Source: Raillietiella orientalis
Lineage: Eukaryota
DNA length: 64,000 bases
Assembly: GCA_036172245.1 (NCBI GenBank)
Contig: JAYWIR010000029.1
Span: 2,232,001-2,296,000 of the forward strand
Reading direction: 5' to 3'
Part shown: piece after piece, positions 63,104-64,000 of the stretch
Position numbering within the stretch: position 1 is the stretch's first letter
Layout: every line of letters starts with the position of its first letter
Translations under genes and position numbers: made by a program
Notes under the pieces: generated by a model
The model's database searches: none
What the model was told of the DNA's origin: nothing
Seen by the model: the letters and a program-made list of their open reading frames with translations, nothing else

Positions 63104-64000
63104 ATGGCTGCACGTGAAAGCTTCGAGAATAATTTTGCCGGTTCGTTGGATGATGATGACGAGCCATTATTGAATTTCGGCTCCCCCAAACTGGTTCCTC
63201 TCGACGACAGCGATGCCCAAAAGTTCAGGCCAAACAGCTCAGGGTCCCGAAGAAAAGAATGCTTCACCTCGCCCGGTTACAGAGATTTCAAAACCCATGC
63301 AACAAATCGTATTAACTGCCGGTTATGTAGTGCAAATCACAAGTTCGAACCAATCGCTGTAGGTCTTTTTGCATATATTTTCTTATTGTCTTATGTCATT
63401 TTCATAATGTGGAATAAAGTTACCAGATAGACATATACTGAGCAAGATGCTTGTGAAATGTTGACGATTGTTCTAAATTTAGGATGATGAAATGGAGCCA
63501 CTCGGGCAAAAACAAGTGGATGTCTTGTCTGTTGTGCAAGGAAACTGTCATACCTGGGATAGGTCACAAAAACCTATTCCCATGGGCCAATTACAGTTGA
63601 AGATTGCCACTACACTGTGCATATTGTTTATGGTTGGTTTTGATTGTGTTTGCAGAATTTTAACGCTACATTATGTGCTTTGAGGTTGGGGAAGCAGTGG
63701 GGGGCTATCTGGCCAACAGCTTGGCCATCATGACAGATGCTGCACACCTCTTTTCAGATTTGGCCACTTTCGTGGTAGCTCTGTTTGCATTCTGGATAGC
63801 AGCACGTCCAGCAAACAAAAGGCTAACATTTGGCTACCATAGAGCTGGTAATAAATAATCCATCATTTTTTATTTATACCTTTGCCACCAGAAGTGCTGA
63901 GTGCCCTCTTTGGAGTTCTTCTCATTTGGATTTTAACAGGCATCTTGTTTTATTTAGCAGTGGTGCGTTTGATATATTTTAATTTCGAGGTAGAAGGAGA
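63104..64000 (+). CDS. SLC30A2: Cation diffusion facilitator, ZnT2/3/4/8-like zinc exporter (5' part, truncated by window end)
   Basis: Exons 63104-63358, 63483-63632, 63685-63847 and 63892->64000 give LKIATTLCILFM/VGEAVGGYLANSLAIMTDAAHLFSDLATF...LTFGYHRA/EVLSALFGVLLIWILTG, the CDF signature with the TM2 HxxxD metal site. Exact paralog is uncertain. Confidence 0.95.

Overview
Eukaryotic (invertebrate animal) genomic DNA with very short spliceosomal introns (about 37-59 nt); the compact introns and gene content suggest a helminth such as a clade I nematode, but that is inference. Bases ~1-43 kb are a retroelement graveyard: many decayed fragments of R2/NeSL-like (RLE-type) non-LTR retrotransposons, younger 3' ends of a Tx1/L1-like LINE with a structured tail, and a five-copy repeat with a tRNA-like (B-box) head and internal ~36-nt repeats that is joined to the Tx1-like 3' end in two copies. 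Inside this region lies a GC-rich gene with a single coding exon for a tachykinin-related neuropeptide precursor (APGFLGMRG-KR). The right end holds a LIV-1-family ZIP6/ZIP10-like zinc importer (- strand, with a probable GC-AG intron) head-to-head with a ZnT2-like zinc exporter (+ strand, running off the window). Most long ORFs in the track are spurious readings of GC-rich repeats. All motif matches were made by eye and repeat boundaries are approximate.
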